From Pseudothioglobus sp. nBUS_23 (GTDB lineage Bacteria > Pseudomonadota > Gammaproteobacteria > PS1 > Pseudothioglobaceae): 32,000 bases of DNA. Positions 9,765 to 17,508 of the stretch are shown piece by piece (position 1 is the first letter of the stretch; each line of letters opens with the position of its first letter). The notes under the pieces were generated by a model. The model searched no databases and was not told where the DNA came from. It was given only the letters and a program-made list of their open reading frames with translations. Both the position numbers and the translations under genes were made by a program. Where the stretch lies: assembly GCF_051201565.1 (NCBI RefSeq), contig NZ_CP179200.1, positions 600,001 through 632,000 on the forward strand, read 5' to 3'.

Positions 9765-9794
9765 ATTTTATACTAGTTATATCTCATATATCAA
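9765..9794 (-). promoter_or_regulatory. Candidate sigma70 promoter of the rpsF-rpsR-rplI operon
   Basis: Minus strand: TTGATA (9794-9789), 16-nt spacer, TATAAAAT (9772-9765). The background is AT-rich, so a chance match is possible. Confidence 0.35.
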
Positions 9795-9845
9795 TTAATT
9801 GCTGTTCCTATCGCATTACATCAAGCAATAATATAAACTTGAATT

Positions 9846-10520
9846 ATGAAAACTAATCTTGAAATATGTATAGACAGCTGTTCTGGAATTGATGCAGCTG
9901 TTGAGGGAGGCGCTGATCGAATAGAACTTTGCAGTTCATTAGAGTATGGCGGTTTAACACCCACCATAGAGGTTTTAAAACATGCCTCCGAGTGCGGCAT
10001 TCAAGCTAGATCAATGATTAGACCGAGAAAAGGCGACTTTGTTTATTCTTTAGAAGAATTAAAAAAAATGCAAAATGATATCGATATGGTTCGATCTTTC
10101 AATATTGAAGGTGTTGTTTTTGGTGCGATATTATCTAATGGAAGTCTTGATCAAGATTTATTAGAAGAATTAATTTCTTATTCAGATGGCCTTAAGAAAA
10201 CTCTTCATAGAGCAGTAGATACAATACCTAAAACAAAAGACTCTGTTCGGATAGGCATTCAGCTTGGGTTTGATACTATCTTGTCATCGGGAGGTAAAAA
10301 TACAGCATTAGAGGGCTTATCAGTTTTGTCTGAAATGCACAAGTTAGCCTCCGGAAAAATTAACATTATGCCGGGATCAGGGGTCAACTCAAAAAGCGTT
10401 AAGCAAATCCTAAAAAATTGCCATTTTGATTGGGTTCATTCTTCCTGCTCCATTGAAAAAAATGGTCACAAATTGACTGATATGAAATTAATTAAGGGTC
10501 TTAAGAATGCAATTAATTAA
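9846..10520 (+). CDS. cutC: Copper homeostasis protein CutC family
   Basis: LEICIDSCSGIDAAVEGGADRIELCSSLEYGGLTP, IRPRKGDFVYS and HRAVD blocks align with E. coli CutC. Confidence 0.9.
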   Translation: MKTNLEICIDSCSGIDAAVEGGADRIELCSSLEYGGLTPTIEVLKHASECGIQARSMIRPRKGDFVYSLEELKKMQNDIDMVRSFNIEGVVFGAILSNGSLDQDLLEELISYSDGLKKTLHRAVDTIPKTKDSVRIGIQLGFDTILSSGGKNTALEGLSVLSEMHKLASGKINIMPGSGVNSKSVKQILKNCHFDWVHSSCSIEKNGHKLTDMKLIKGLKNAIN

Positions 10521-11175
10521 AAAAAGGTTTTTCAAGATTGCAGTCATTCTTCTTCTAGCCACCCTGACTGTTTATATATTTAAATTAAATATTGAAGTTA
10601 AGGCTGAATTTTCAAAACCACTGGAGCCTCCAAGCAATGTTAATCAGATTGAATATGGATTAGATGAGTATCCAGAGAATTTAATTAATATGCTACTTAT
10701 GGTCGAGGATCAATCTTTTTATAGCCATCATGGTGTTGACTTTAAAGAAATCGCTAGAGTCCTTTATGGTTATTTGTTTGAAGATAAAGCACTTAGGGGT
10801 GCAAGCACCATTTCTCAGCAACTGATTAAAAATTCTCTTTTATCTAGAGAAAAAACCTTATCCAGAAAGTTAGAAGAGGCTTTGATGGCAATTCTTTTAG
10901 AGGCATCTTATGATAAAGATTTAATTCTTGAGAGGTATATGAATACGGTATATTTAGCTCAAAGAGGGGACGTCGCTTTTCATGGCTTTGCAAGTGGAAG
11001 TCTTTTTTACTTTGATAAAAATGTTGAAGATTTAAGTCTTGAGGAAATGGCAACACTTGTTGCCTTGCTGAAAGGACCTACATACTTAAATCCAGATAAC
11101 TATCCTGAGAGGCTTAATAAGCGCGTCAATATGATTTTGTCGATGCATAAAAAATATAAGAGAATAATAAATTGA
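10507..11175 (+). CDS. mtgA: Monofunctional peptidoglycan glycosyltransferase (GT51)
   Basis: N-terminal TM anchor, then GT51 motifs EDQSFYSHHGVD, GASTISQQLIKN and RKLEEA. There is no transpeptidase domain (222 aa). Confidence 0.88.
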   Translation: MQLIKKRFFKIAVILLLATLTVYIFKLNIEVKAEFSKPLEPPSNVNQIEYGLDEYPENLINMLLMVEDQSFYSHHGVDFKEIARVLYGYLFEDKALRGASTISQQLIKNSLLSREKTLSRKLEEALMAILLEASYDKDLILERYMNTVYLAQRGDVAFHGFASGSLFYFDKNVEDLSLEEMATLVALLKGPTYLNPDNYPERLNKRVNMILSMHKKYKRIIN

Positions 11176-11828
11176 ATATATTAGCTATTGATACTTGCAC
11201 AGATATAGCATCGGTTACATTGTATAAGTCTGGAGAGTTTACTAGTAGGGCGATGTCTGGAGTTGAGAAAACCTCTGGACATATTCTGAAGCTCTGTGAT
11301 GAAGTTTTTAAAGAGTCCAAAACTCAACTCAAAGAGGTTGATTTAATTTCCTATTCGAAAGGTCCTGGTTCATTTACTGGCGTCAGAATGTGTATTGGTG
11401 TTGTTCAAGGATTGTCTTTGTCAATGCAAATTCCAACAATGGGTTTTACAACATTGGAGTTGATCGGATTTAGAGCGATGCAGATTACAAAATCAAAAAA
11501 AATTGCAGTCGCACTAGATGCCAGAATGAGGGAAGTTTATTGGGCAACTTATGTTGACGGTTTGATAGATAATATGAAGATATGTAATCCTCAAGAGGTT
11601 GATGATTTAGATTCAAGTTTTGTTGGAGTTGGAAGTGGCTGGAAGGCCTGCAGTGAAGCGCTAAAAATAGCCTCAAACATAAGTAAAATTGACTTATCAA
11701 TTAAACCAGAATCATCAGCGTTAATAGAATTATCACTTCAGGCAATGAATGAGGGTTTTGAGGGAACTTTGGATCTCCCTCAACCAATCTATTTACGAAA
11801 CAACGTGGCTGAAAAATCATTAAAATAA
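11172..11828 (+). CDS. tsaB: tRNA t6A37 threonylcarbamoyl-transfer protein TsaB (YeaZ)
   Basis: The TTG start gives (M)NILAIDTCTDIASVTL, matching the E. coli TsaB start MRILAIDTATEACSVAL. GPGSFTGVR motif is present. It shares a 4-nt overlap (TTGA) with the mtgA stop. Confidence 0.88.
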   Translation: MNILAIDTCTDIASVTLYKSGEFTSRAMSGVEKTSGHILKLCDEVFKESKTQLKEVDLISYSKGPGSFTGVRMCIGVVQGLSLSMQIPTMGFTTLELIGFRAMQITKSKKIAVALDARMREVYWATYVDGLIDNMKICNPQEVDDLDSSFVGVGSGWKACSEALKIASNISKIDLSIKPESSALIELSLQAMNEGFEGTLDLPQPIYLRNNVAEKSLK

Positions 11829-11854
11829 AACCTTTTTTCTAACTGCATAAATTT

Positions 11855-12592
11855 ATGTGGAAATGGATTCAAAGGCAAGCCTCTCCAAAGGTTTTTTATC
11901 AGACTTGTAACAGGCTTACTCCCTGGTTTTTTTGGCCATTTTTAAGTTTGTTAATATTAGGCCTGTATTGGTCTCTTGTGATCTCACCTGCTGATTATCA
12001 ACAGGGTGATGGTTACAGAATAATTTTTATTCACGTTCCTAGCGCCATACTTTCAATGATGGTGTATGCAGTCATGGCAATTTCTGGAGGAATTGGACTT
12101 ATTTGGCAAATCAAGATGGCCGAGGTTGTCGCAAAAGTTTCAGCTCCGATCGGGGCTGGATTTACAATTATTGCTTTGGCTACAGGCGCAATATGGGGTA
12201 AGCCTATGTGGGGGGCTTGGTGGGTGTGGGATGCAAGGCTAACATCAGAGCTTGTGTTGCTTTTTTTGTACCTTGCTTATATGTCCCTTAATAGCGCATT
12301 TGATAATCCTAGAACGGCGGCTAAATCCAGCTCAATTCTTGCAATAGTTGGTCTGATTAACCTTCCTATAATTCACTACTCTGTCAAGTGGTGGAATACA
12401 CTTCACCAAGGCTACTCTGTAGGAACTGGAGGCATCAAAGATCTGGATATGCAGATTGCACTTGCATTGATGTTTGTTGCGTCAATTTTACTATATGCGT
12501 TACTAGTTGCAATTAAGGCTAGGACTGAGGTGCTTATTCGTGAACAAAACTCTCGATGGGTTCAAGAGGAAGTAAGGAGTTTAATGTTATGA
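11855..12592 (+). CDS. ccmC: Heme exporter protein CcmC
   Basis: 245 aa and collinear with E. coli CcmC. WGKPMWGAWWVWDARLTSELVLLFLY (WWD motif) and IHYSVKWWNTLHQG are present. Confidence 0.96.
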   Translation: MWKWIQRQASPKVFYQTCNRLTPWFFWPFLSLLILGLYWSLVISPADYQQGDGYRIIFIHVPSAILSMMVYAVMAISGGIGLIWQIKMAEVVAKVSAPIGAGFTIIALATGAIWGKPMWGAWWVWDARLTSELVLLFLYLAYMSLNSAFDNPRTAAKSSSILAIVGLINLPIIHYSVKWWNTLHQGYSVGTGGIKDLDMQIALALMFVASILLYALLVAIKARTEVLIREQNSRWVQEEVRSLML

Positions 12593-12759
12593 CTATGGTA
12601 GAGTTTTTTTCTTTTCTTCCTTATGGTAAATATGCATTCTATGTATGGCTAGCTTATGGTGTTTCAGCTTTAACAATCATTGCTCTTTTTGTTTCTGCCA
12701 AGCGAAATCATGCAAATACTTTGTTATCTCTGACTAATAAATTTTCAAGAAGTAAATGA
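12589..12759 (+). CDS. ccmD: Heme exporter protein CcmD
   Basis: Small single-TM protein (YAFYVWLAYGVSALTIIALF) between ccmC and ccmE. The ATG at 12589 forms an ATGA overlap with the ccmC stop and has AAGGAG 9 nt upstream. The longer track ORF from 12556 lies inside ccmC. Confidence 0.8.
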   Translation: MTMVEFFSFLPYGKYAFYVWLAYGVSALTIIALFVSAKRNHANTLLSLTNKFSRSK

Positions 12760-13202
12760 CTAAAAGACAAAACCGAATGGTATTGGTGGGGCTTCTTGTA
12801 ACTGGAGTATTTTTGGCAGGATATCTTGGAATTAAAGCCTTCAGTGAGAACTTATTATATTTCTATACGCCCTCAGATATTGTTAATGGAAAGGCTCCAA
12901 CCGAAAAAAGTTTCAGAGTGGGCGGTCTTGTAGAGAATGACAGCGTAAAAAGAGACGGAATGCTAGTTAATTTTTCTGTATCAGATAATTTGGAATCAAT
13001 TGAGGTTACTTATGAAGGTATATTGCCTGACCTTTTTAGAGAAGGTCAAGGAGTTGTAGCTTCAGGATCAATAGTAAATAAGTGTGTAAGGTCGACCTGT
13101 AAAAATACCTTTATTGCAACAGAAGTCTTAGCAAAGCATGATGAGAATTATATGCCACCTGAGGTTGCAGCTGCACTTGAATCGCAAGAGGCAAAAGAAT
13201 GA
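12756..13202 (+). CDS. ccmE: Cytochrome c-type biogenesis heme chaperone CcmE
   Basis: N-terminal anchor, [17 protein letters not shown] and the heme-binding [13 protein letters not shown] motif. Confidence 0.95.
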   Translation: [148 protein letters not shown]

Positions 13203-13720
13203 AAAAAATACTGCCTTTATTAGTTTTTCTAGTGGTTGGAGTTTTTCTGTTTCTAAGCTTAAATTCAGATCCAAATAAGTTACCTTCTCCACTTGTTGGA
13301 AAGAAGTTTCCAATAATTGAAGGCACTGATTTTTACTCAAATGAAACTGTTAAATTAAATGATTTAATGGACAATAATTTAGCGCTTGTCAATGTGTGGG
13401 CTTCATGGTGCGTGACCTGCAGAAAAGAGCATCAAGTGATAATGAATGTAGCTAAAAATACCAATCTAAAGCTCATTGGAATTAATTATAAGGATACAAA
13501 AAGTGATGGAATGGAGTACCTTAAGGTTATGGGTAACCCTTTCGATGAGATAGTTTTTGATCCTAATGGTGAAATCGGAATGGAGCTAGGGGTTTATGCT
13601 ACTCCAGAAACTTTTCTAATTAGTGGAGAGGGTTTGATTATTCATAAACATATAGGAGAAATAACAAAAGAGATCTGGAATGAAAATTTTCTACCTCTTA
13701 TTAATGTATCTGAAAGTTAA
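13199..13720 (+). CDS. ccmG: Thiol:disulfide interchange protein DsbE/CcmG
   Basis: Signal anchor, thioredoxin fold with WASWCVTCRKEH (CxxC) and GVYATPETFLI. ATGA overlap with the ccmE stop. Confidence 0.9.
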   Translation: MKKILPLLVFLVVGVFLFLSLNSDPNKLPSPLVGKKFPIIEGTDFYSNETVKLNDLMDNNLALVNVWASWCVTCRKEHQVIMNVAKNTNLKLIGINYKDTKSDGMEYLKVMGNPFDEIVFDPNGEIGMELGVYATPETFLISGEGLIIHKHIGEITKEIWNENFLPLINVSES

Positions 13721-13772
13721 TTTTTTTAGTATTTTCCTACTGAAAATTTTCTTAAATAACCCTGAATGACGC

Positions 13773-13800
13773 TTGACATAAGGGTTTATAAATGGATAAT
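13773..13800 (+). promoter_or_regulatory. Candidate sigma70 promoter of hupB
   Basis: TTGACA (13773-13778), 16-nt spacer, GATAAT (13795-13800), about 70 nt upstream of the hupB ATG. AAGGAG RBS at 13858-13863. Confidence 0.5.
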
Positions 13801-13870
13801 AAAATTGAAACCTTTTAAATTTTTTTCAAGGTTTTATATCAATTCTTTTTTAAATTAAGGAGTTAGAATA

Positions 13871-14143
13871 ATGAATAAATCAGATTTAGTTTCAGCAATT
13901 GCTGATAACTCAGGTCTTTCTAAAGCTGATGCTGCTAGAGCTTTAGAAGCAACAACTAGTGCTATCTCTGGTGCACTAGCAAGTGGTGACTCTGTTGCCA
14001 TAACAGGTTTTGGTAGTTTCCTTGTAAGAGCACGCGCAGCGCGCACTGGTAGAAACCCCCAAACAGGCGCTGCTATTCAAATTTCAGCATCAAATGTACC
14101 TGCATTTAAAGCAGGAAAATTATTAAAGGAATCTGTTAACTAA
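13871..14143 (+). CDS. hupB: DNA-binding protein HU
   Basis: [11 protein letters not shown]...[45 protein letters not shown] is canonical HU, 90 aa. The symbol is chosen from synteny with ppiD. Confidence 0.93.
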   Translation: MNKSDLVSAIADNSGLSKADAARALEATTSAISGALASGDSVAITGFGSFLVRARAARTGRNPQTGAAIQISASNVPAFKAGKLLKESVN

Positions 14144-14165
14144 TTAGATTTTTTGTCAGTATAAT
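14136..14165 (+). promoter_or_regulatory. Candidate promoter for the tRNA-Val/tRNA-Asp pair, overlapping the hupB stop
   Basis: TTAACT (14136-14141), 18-nt spacer, perfect TATAAT (14160-14165). The predicted start falls inside the left arm of the hupB terminator hairpin. Confidence 0.3.
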
Positions 14166-14200
14166 ATGCCCGTTTCCTGATTTGATTCGGGCATTTTTTT
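14166..14200 (+). terminator. Rho-independent terminator after hupB
   Basis: Stem ATGCCCG (14166-14172) / CGGGCAT (14188-14194), 15-nt loop, then T6 (14195-14200). The loop is larger than ideal. Confidence 0.5.
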
Positions 14201-14276
14201 GGGCGCTTAGCTCAGTTGGGAGAGCATCGCCCTTACAAGGCGAGGGTCACAAGTTCAAGTCTTGTAGCGCCCACCA
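14201..14276 (+). tRNA. tRNA-Val (anticodon UAC), CCA encoded
   Basis: Cloverleaf folded by hand: acceptor GGGCGCT/AGCGCCC, D-arm GCTC..GAGC, anticodon stem TCGCC/GGCGA with loop CTTACAA (TAC at 14234-14236), T-arm ACAAG-TTCAAGT-CTTGT, discriminator A, CCA. Confidence 0.93.
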
Positions 14277-14281
14277 AAAAC

Positions 14282-14358
14282 GGAGTGGTAGTTCAGCTGG
14301 TTAGAATACCTGCCTGTCACGCAGGGGGTCGCGGGTTCGAATCCCGTCCACTCCGCCA
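14282..14358 (+). tRNA. tRNA-Asp (anticodon GUC), CCA encoded
   Basis: Acceptor GGAGTGG/CCACTCC, anticodon stem CCTGC/GCAGG with loop CTGTCAC (GTC at 14316-14318), T-arm GCGGG-TTCGAAT-CCCGT, discriminator G, CCA. It lies 5 nt after tRNA-Val. Confidence 0.93.
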
Positions 14359-14514
14359 AAACATTGATTCTTAGCATTTTTAGTGCAAGTGAATCTGTTT
14401 GAATCCTCTATACAAATCTTTTTGTAATAATTCTCTTGTAAGCCTCGATTTATATAGTATTAAATTGATTTTTGTATTTAGATATAATGTGGTTTTTTAT
14501 TAATATTTTGACTA

Positions 14515-15114
14515 ATGAAAACTTTACTCAATGTAGGTTGCGGATTATCAAATATCTCTGAACTTAAGGGATTTAATAATGGCAATTGGAAAGAAATTAG
14601 GTTCGACATTGATGAAGTGGTCGAACCTGATGTTCTAGGAACATTGACAGACATGAGTTTGGTTAAAACTGCAAGCATTGATGCCATATACTCATCCTAT
14701 AACTTAGATCATATTTATGCTCATGAGGTTCCAATAGCGCTTAAAGAGTTTTACAGAGTTCTTAGTGAAGATGGCTTTGTTGTAATTATATGCCCTGATC
14801 TTCAAACAATTTGTGAATTGATTGCTAATGATAAATATTTAGAAGTTATTTATGAGTCACCACTTGGGCCAATTTATCCAATAGATATTCTATATGGCCA
14901 CAGGGGTCAAATAGAGGCTGGGAATAAATATATGGCTAAAAAAGTGGGTTTCACTTATGCTGCGTTGGATGCAACATTTTCTGCTGCGGGCTTTAAAACT
15001 AGGTATGGTGGCAGACTTCCTAAGCCTGGCGGTGAATTAGCAATGGTTGCATTTAAGCAAGAAAAATCTGAAGAAGAAATAAAAAAAATAGCAGACCCTA
15101 TTTTTCCAAATTAA
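14515..15114 (+). CDS. Class I SAM-dependent methyltransferase (Methyltransf_11-like), substrate unknown
   Basis: Motif I LNVGCG near the N-terminus, an acidic residue after beta-2 (RFDID), post-I/II region SIDAIYSSYNLDHI and LKEFYRVLSEDGFVVI. Confidence 0.7.
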   Translation: MKTLLNVGCGLSNISELKGFNNGNWKEIRFDIDEVVEPDVLGTLTDMSLVKTASIDAIYSSYNLDHIYAHEVPIALKEFYRVLSEDGFVVIICPDLQTICELIANDKYLEVIYESPLGPIYPIDILYGHRGQIEAGNKYMAKKVGFTYAALDATFSAAGFKTRYGGRLPKPGGELAMVAFKQEKSEEEIKKIADPIFPN

Positions 15115-15341
15115 TTTTTTAGTATTTGAATCCATATTTATCTCGGAATCAAGAATAGAAATAATTGTGATATAGAATTAGCAAACTTTATTATTAAAGC
15201 ACTAAATACTGAAAATCATTTATTAATTCTTGTTATATAATCTGAAGTAAGGATTTAGCTTACCCATCAGGTTTAACACTTGATTGTAAATATCAAAGTG
15301 TTGAAGTACAATGACACTTTGCTTTTTGTAAGTACTTATTC

Positions 15342-16331
15342 ATGAAAAAAAACCCAATTAGTTCTACTGTCGATTTTGAGAAAGATGGGGTTCAGCACGG
15401 CTATTTAAAACTGCCTCATTCACATGATGATTCAGCTTGGGGATCAATTGTCATTCCTATTACAGTTGCTAAGAATGGCAAAGGTCCAACAATTCTTTTA
15501 ACAGGAGCAAATCATGGTGATGAATATGAAGGACCCATTGCACTATTTGATTTAGCCAACCAGATAAAGACTGATGAAATTTCCGGTAGAGTGATAATTA
15601 TTCCTGGAATGAATTATCCAGCTTTTAAAGCAGGAAAAAGAACTTCGCCTATTGATGGCGGCAACATGAATCGAGTTTTTCCTGGAAATCCAGAGGGAAC
15701 TTTTACTGAAAAAATTGCGGATTATTTTAAACGAACTCTGTTACCCCTTGCAGACTATGTTGTTGATTTTCACTCAGGCGGTAAGACACTGGACTTCTTG
15801 CCTTTTTGCTGTGCCCATGTTTTAGATGATAAGGAGCAGCAAAAGAAATGTATTGCAGCTATGAAGGCATTTAATGCGCCACACTCTGTAATGCTTTTAG
15901 AGATTGATGCCGTTAATATGTATGATACTGCTGCTGAAAACATGGGTAAAGTGTTTATTAGTACAGAGCTTGGCGGGGGCGGATCAACTTCCGCCTACAC
16001 AGTTGAGATTGCAAAAAAAGGCATCAGGAATATTCTAAGACATGCAGGTATAACCAGGGGCGAATTGGAGGTTGATGAAACCTTAAATTTGGATATGCCT
16101 GATGATAGCTGTTATATTTTTAGTGAATCAACGGGTCTGGTTGAGCACTGCGTTGATCTTGGAGATGAAGTTCAGGCTGGTCAGTTAGTTGCTAAAGTTC
16201 ATAATATTGAAAGAACAGGTTCTGCACCAGATGAATATCATGCAAAGATTGATGGGATATTCACTGGTAAGCATTTCCCTGGACTTGTGGTTAATGGTGA
16301 TTTCTTAGGTGTCATTGCAGTGCCTATCTAA
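15342..16331 (+). CDS. Succinylglutamate desuccinylase/aspartoacylase (AstE/AspA) family zinc deacylase (DoeB-like)
   Basis: ILLTGANHGDEYEGPIA zinc-binding HxxE block, a second His block VVDFHSGG, about 330 aa with a C-terminal beta domain. Confidence 0.8.
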   Translation: MKKNPISSTVDFEKDGVQHGYLKLPHSHDDSAWGSIVIPITVAKNGKGPTILLTGANHGDEYEGPIALFDLANQIKTDEISGRVIIIPGMNYPAFKAGKRTSPIDGGNMNRVFPGNPEGTFTEKIADYFKRTLLPLADYVVDFHSGGKTLDFLPFCCAHVLDDKEQQKKCIAAMKAFNAPHSVMLLEIDAVNMYDTAAENMGKVFISTELGGGGSTSAYTVEIAKKGIRNILRHAGITRGELEVDETLNLDMPDDSCYIFSESTGLVEHCVDLGDEVQAGQLVAKVHNIERTGSAPDEYHAKIDGIFTGKHFPGLVVNGDFLGVIAVPI

Positions 16332-16344
16332 TCAAGGAGATTTC

Positions 16345-17376
16345 ATGAACCCATTATTTGCATCAGACAATGTCACTAGCGCATGCCCAGAGGTCATGGA
16401 TGCGCTTATTGAAGCTAACCTAGGAATTGCTTACTCTTATGGCGATGATGAATGGTCGTCAATTTTAAAAATAACATTATCTGAAGTTTTTGAAACTGAG
16501 TTGGAAGTCTATTTAGCCGTCACTGGAACTGCATCAAATGCGCTGGCACTTTCAGCGCTGGCACCAGTCTATGGAAAAATATATTGCCATGAGCTTTCTC
16601 ATATTAATACGGATGAGTGCGGAGCACCTGAATTATTTACAGGTGGTGCAAAACTAAATCCTATGAGAAGTAGCAATGGAAGGGTTCAGGCAAAAGATTT
16701 AGAAGAGATTATTCGTGGCTCAGGGAATGTTCATGTTACTCAGCCTTCAGTTGTCAGCATTACTCAATCTTGTGAAACGGGCACTGTCTATCAGCTCCAA
16801 GAGATAAGAGATATTGCAAAAATAGCTCATGAACATGCAATGAGTGTCCATATGGATGGAGCCCGTTTTGCTAATGCGCTGGTGTCTCTCGATGTCAGTC
16901 CAGCTGAGATGACCTGGAAATCTGGTGTGGATGTTCTGACTTTAGGCGGCACTAAAAATGGCTGTCTTGCAGCAGAAGCCATTATATTTTTTAAGCCAGA
17001 AATGGTTGGTGATTTTCCTTTTCTTCATAAGAGATCTGGGCAACTGCTATCTAAAATGCGCTTTATTTCTTCTCAGATGAATGCTTATGTTTCTGATGAT
17101 GTGTGGATAAAAAATGCCAAGCATGCTAATGCTATGGCAAAGATTTTAAGTGAAGGGCTCAACCATTTTTCAAATATTGAATTAGCCTATCCCACAGAAT
17201 CTAACGAAGTCTTTGTTCATCTTCCACGAGATGTCATTGATTATCTGAATAGTTATGGATATGATGTCAATGAGGAAGAGCTCGATGGAAAAGCTGTCAG
17301 ATTTGTAACTGCATGGGATACAAAACTGGAAGATATTGAAAATCTCTTAGAAAAACTAGCTCAAAAATATCAATAA
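16345..17376 (+). CDS. ltaE: Low-specificity threonine aldolase family PLP enzyme
   Basis: FASDN start, TGTASNALAL, HMDGARFANA and PLP-lysine block LTLGGTKNG. The ATG at 16345 has AAGGAG 6 nt upstream, immediately after the stop of the deacylase gene. The track ORF start at 16309 overlaps the upstream gene. Confidence 0.85.
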   Translation: MNPLFASDNVTSACPEVMDALIEANLGIAYSYGDDEWSSILKITLSEVFETELEVYLAVTGTASNALALSALAPVYGKIYCHELSHINTDECGAPELFTGGAKLNPMRSSNGRVQAKDLEEIIRGSGNVHVTQPSVVSITQSCETGTVYQLQEIRDIAKIAHEHAMSVHMDGARFANALVSLDVSPAEMTWKSGVDVLTLGGTKNGCLAAEAIIFFKPEMVGDFPFLHKRSGQLLSKMRFISSQMNAYVSDDVWIKNAKHANAMAKILSEGLNHFSNIELAYPTESNEVFVHLPRDVIDYLNSYGYDVNEEELDGKAVRFVTAWDTKLEDIENLLEKLAQKYQ

Positions 17377-17508
17377 AGCTTCTGGCATAAAACTTCTTAA
17401 GATGATTCGCTTAGCCTTGTATAATGCTTCACAAAAGCTATTAGAGAGATATAAATTTATAGAATCCTCAAATTAGCAAAGACTTTAACAATATCGGTAA
17501 AAATTATT

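Noticed and set aside
12556-12588. Longer N-terminal extension of ccmD (track ORF start at 12556).
   Set aside because: It lies within the 3' end of ccmC. The ATG at 12589 has an AAGGAG RBS and an ATGA stop-start overlap like the other ccm junctions.
14396-14412. GAATCCTC-like strings (also at 17460-17472) as possible att repeats of the tRNA-Asp 3' end flanking the three-gene insertion.
   Set aside because: Only about 8-9 nt resemble TTCGAATCCCGT, there is no extended match to the tRNA 3' end, and no integrase is present. This is within chance expectation for AT-rich DNA.
15311-15331. Six-codon upstream mini-ORF (MTLCFL) before the deacylase gene.
   Set aside because: It has no RBS and no attenuator-like alternative structures, and it shows no codon bias relevant to a leader peptide. 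It is probably fortuitous.
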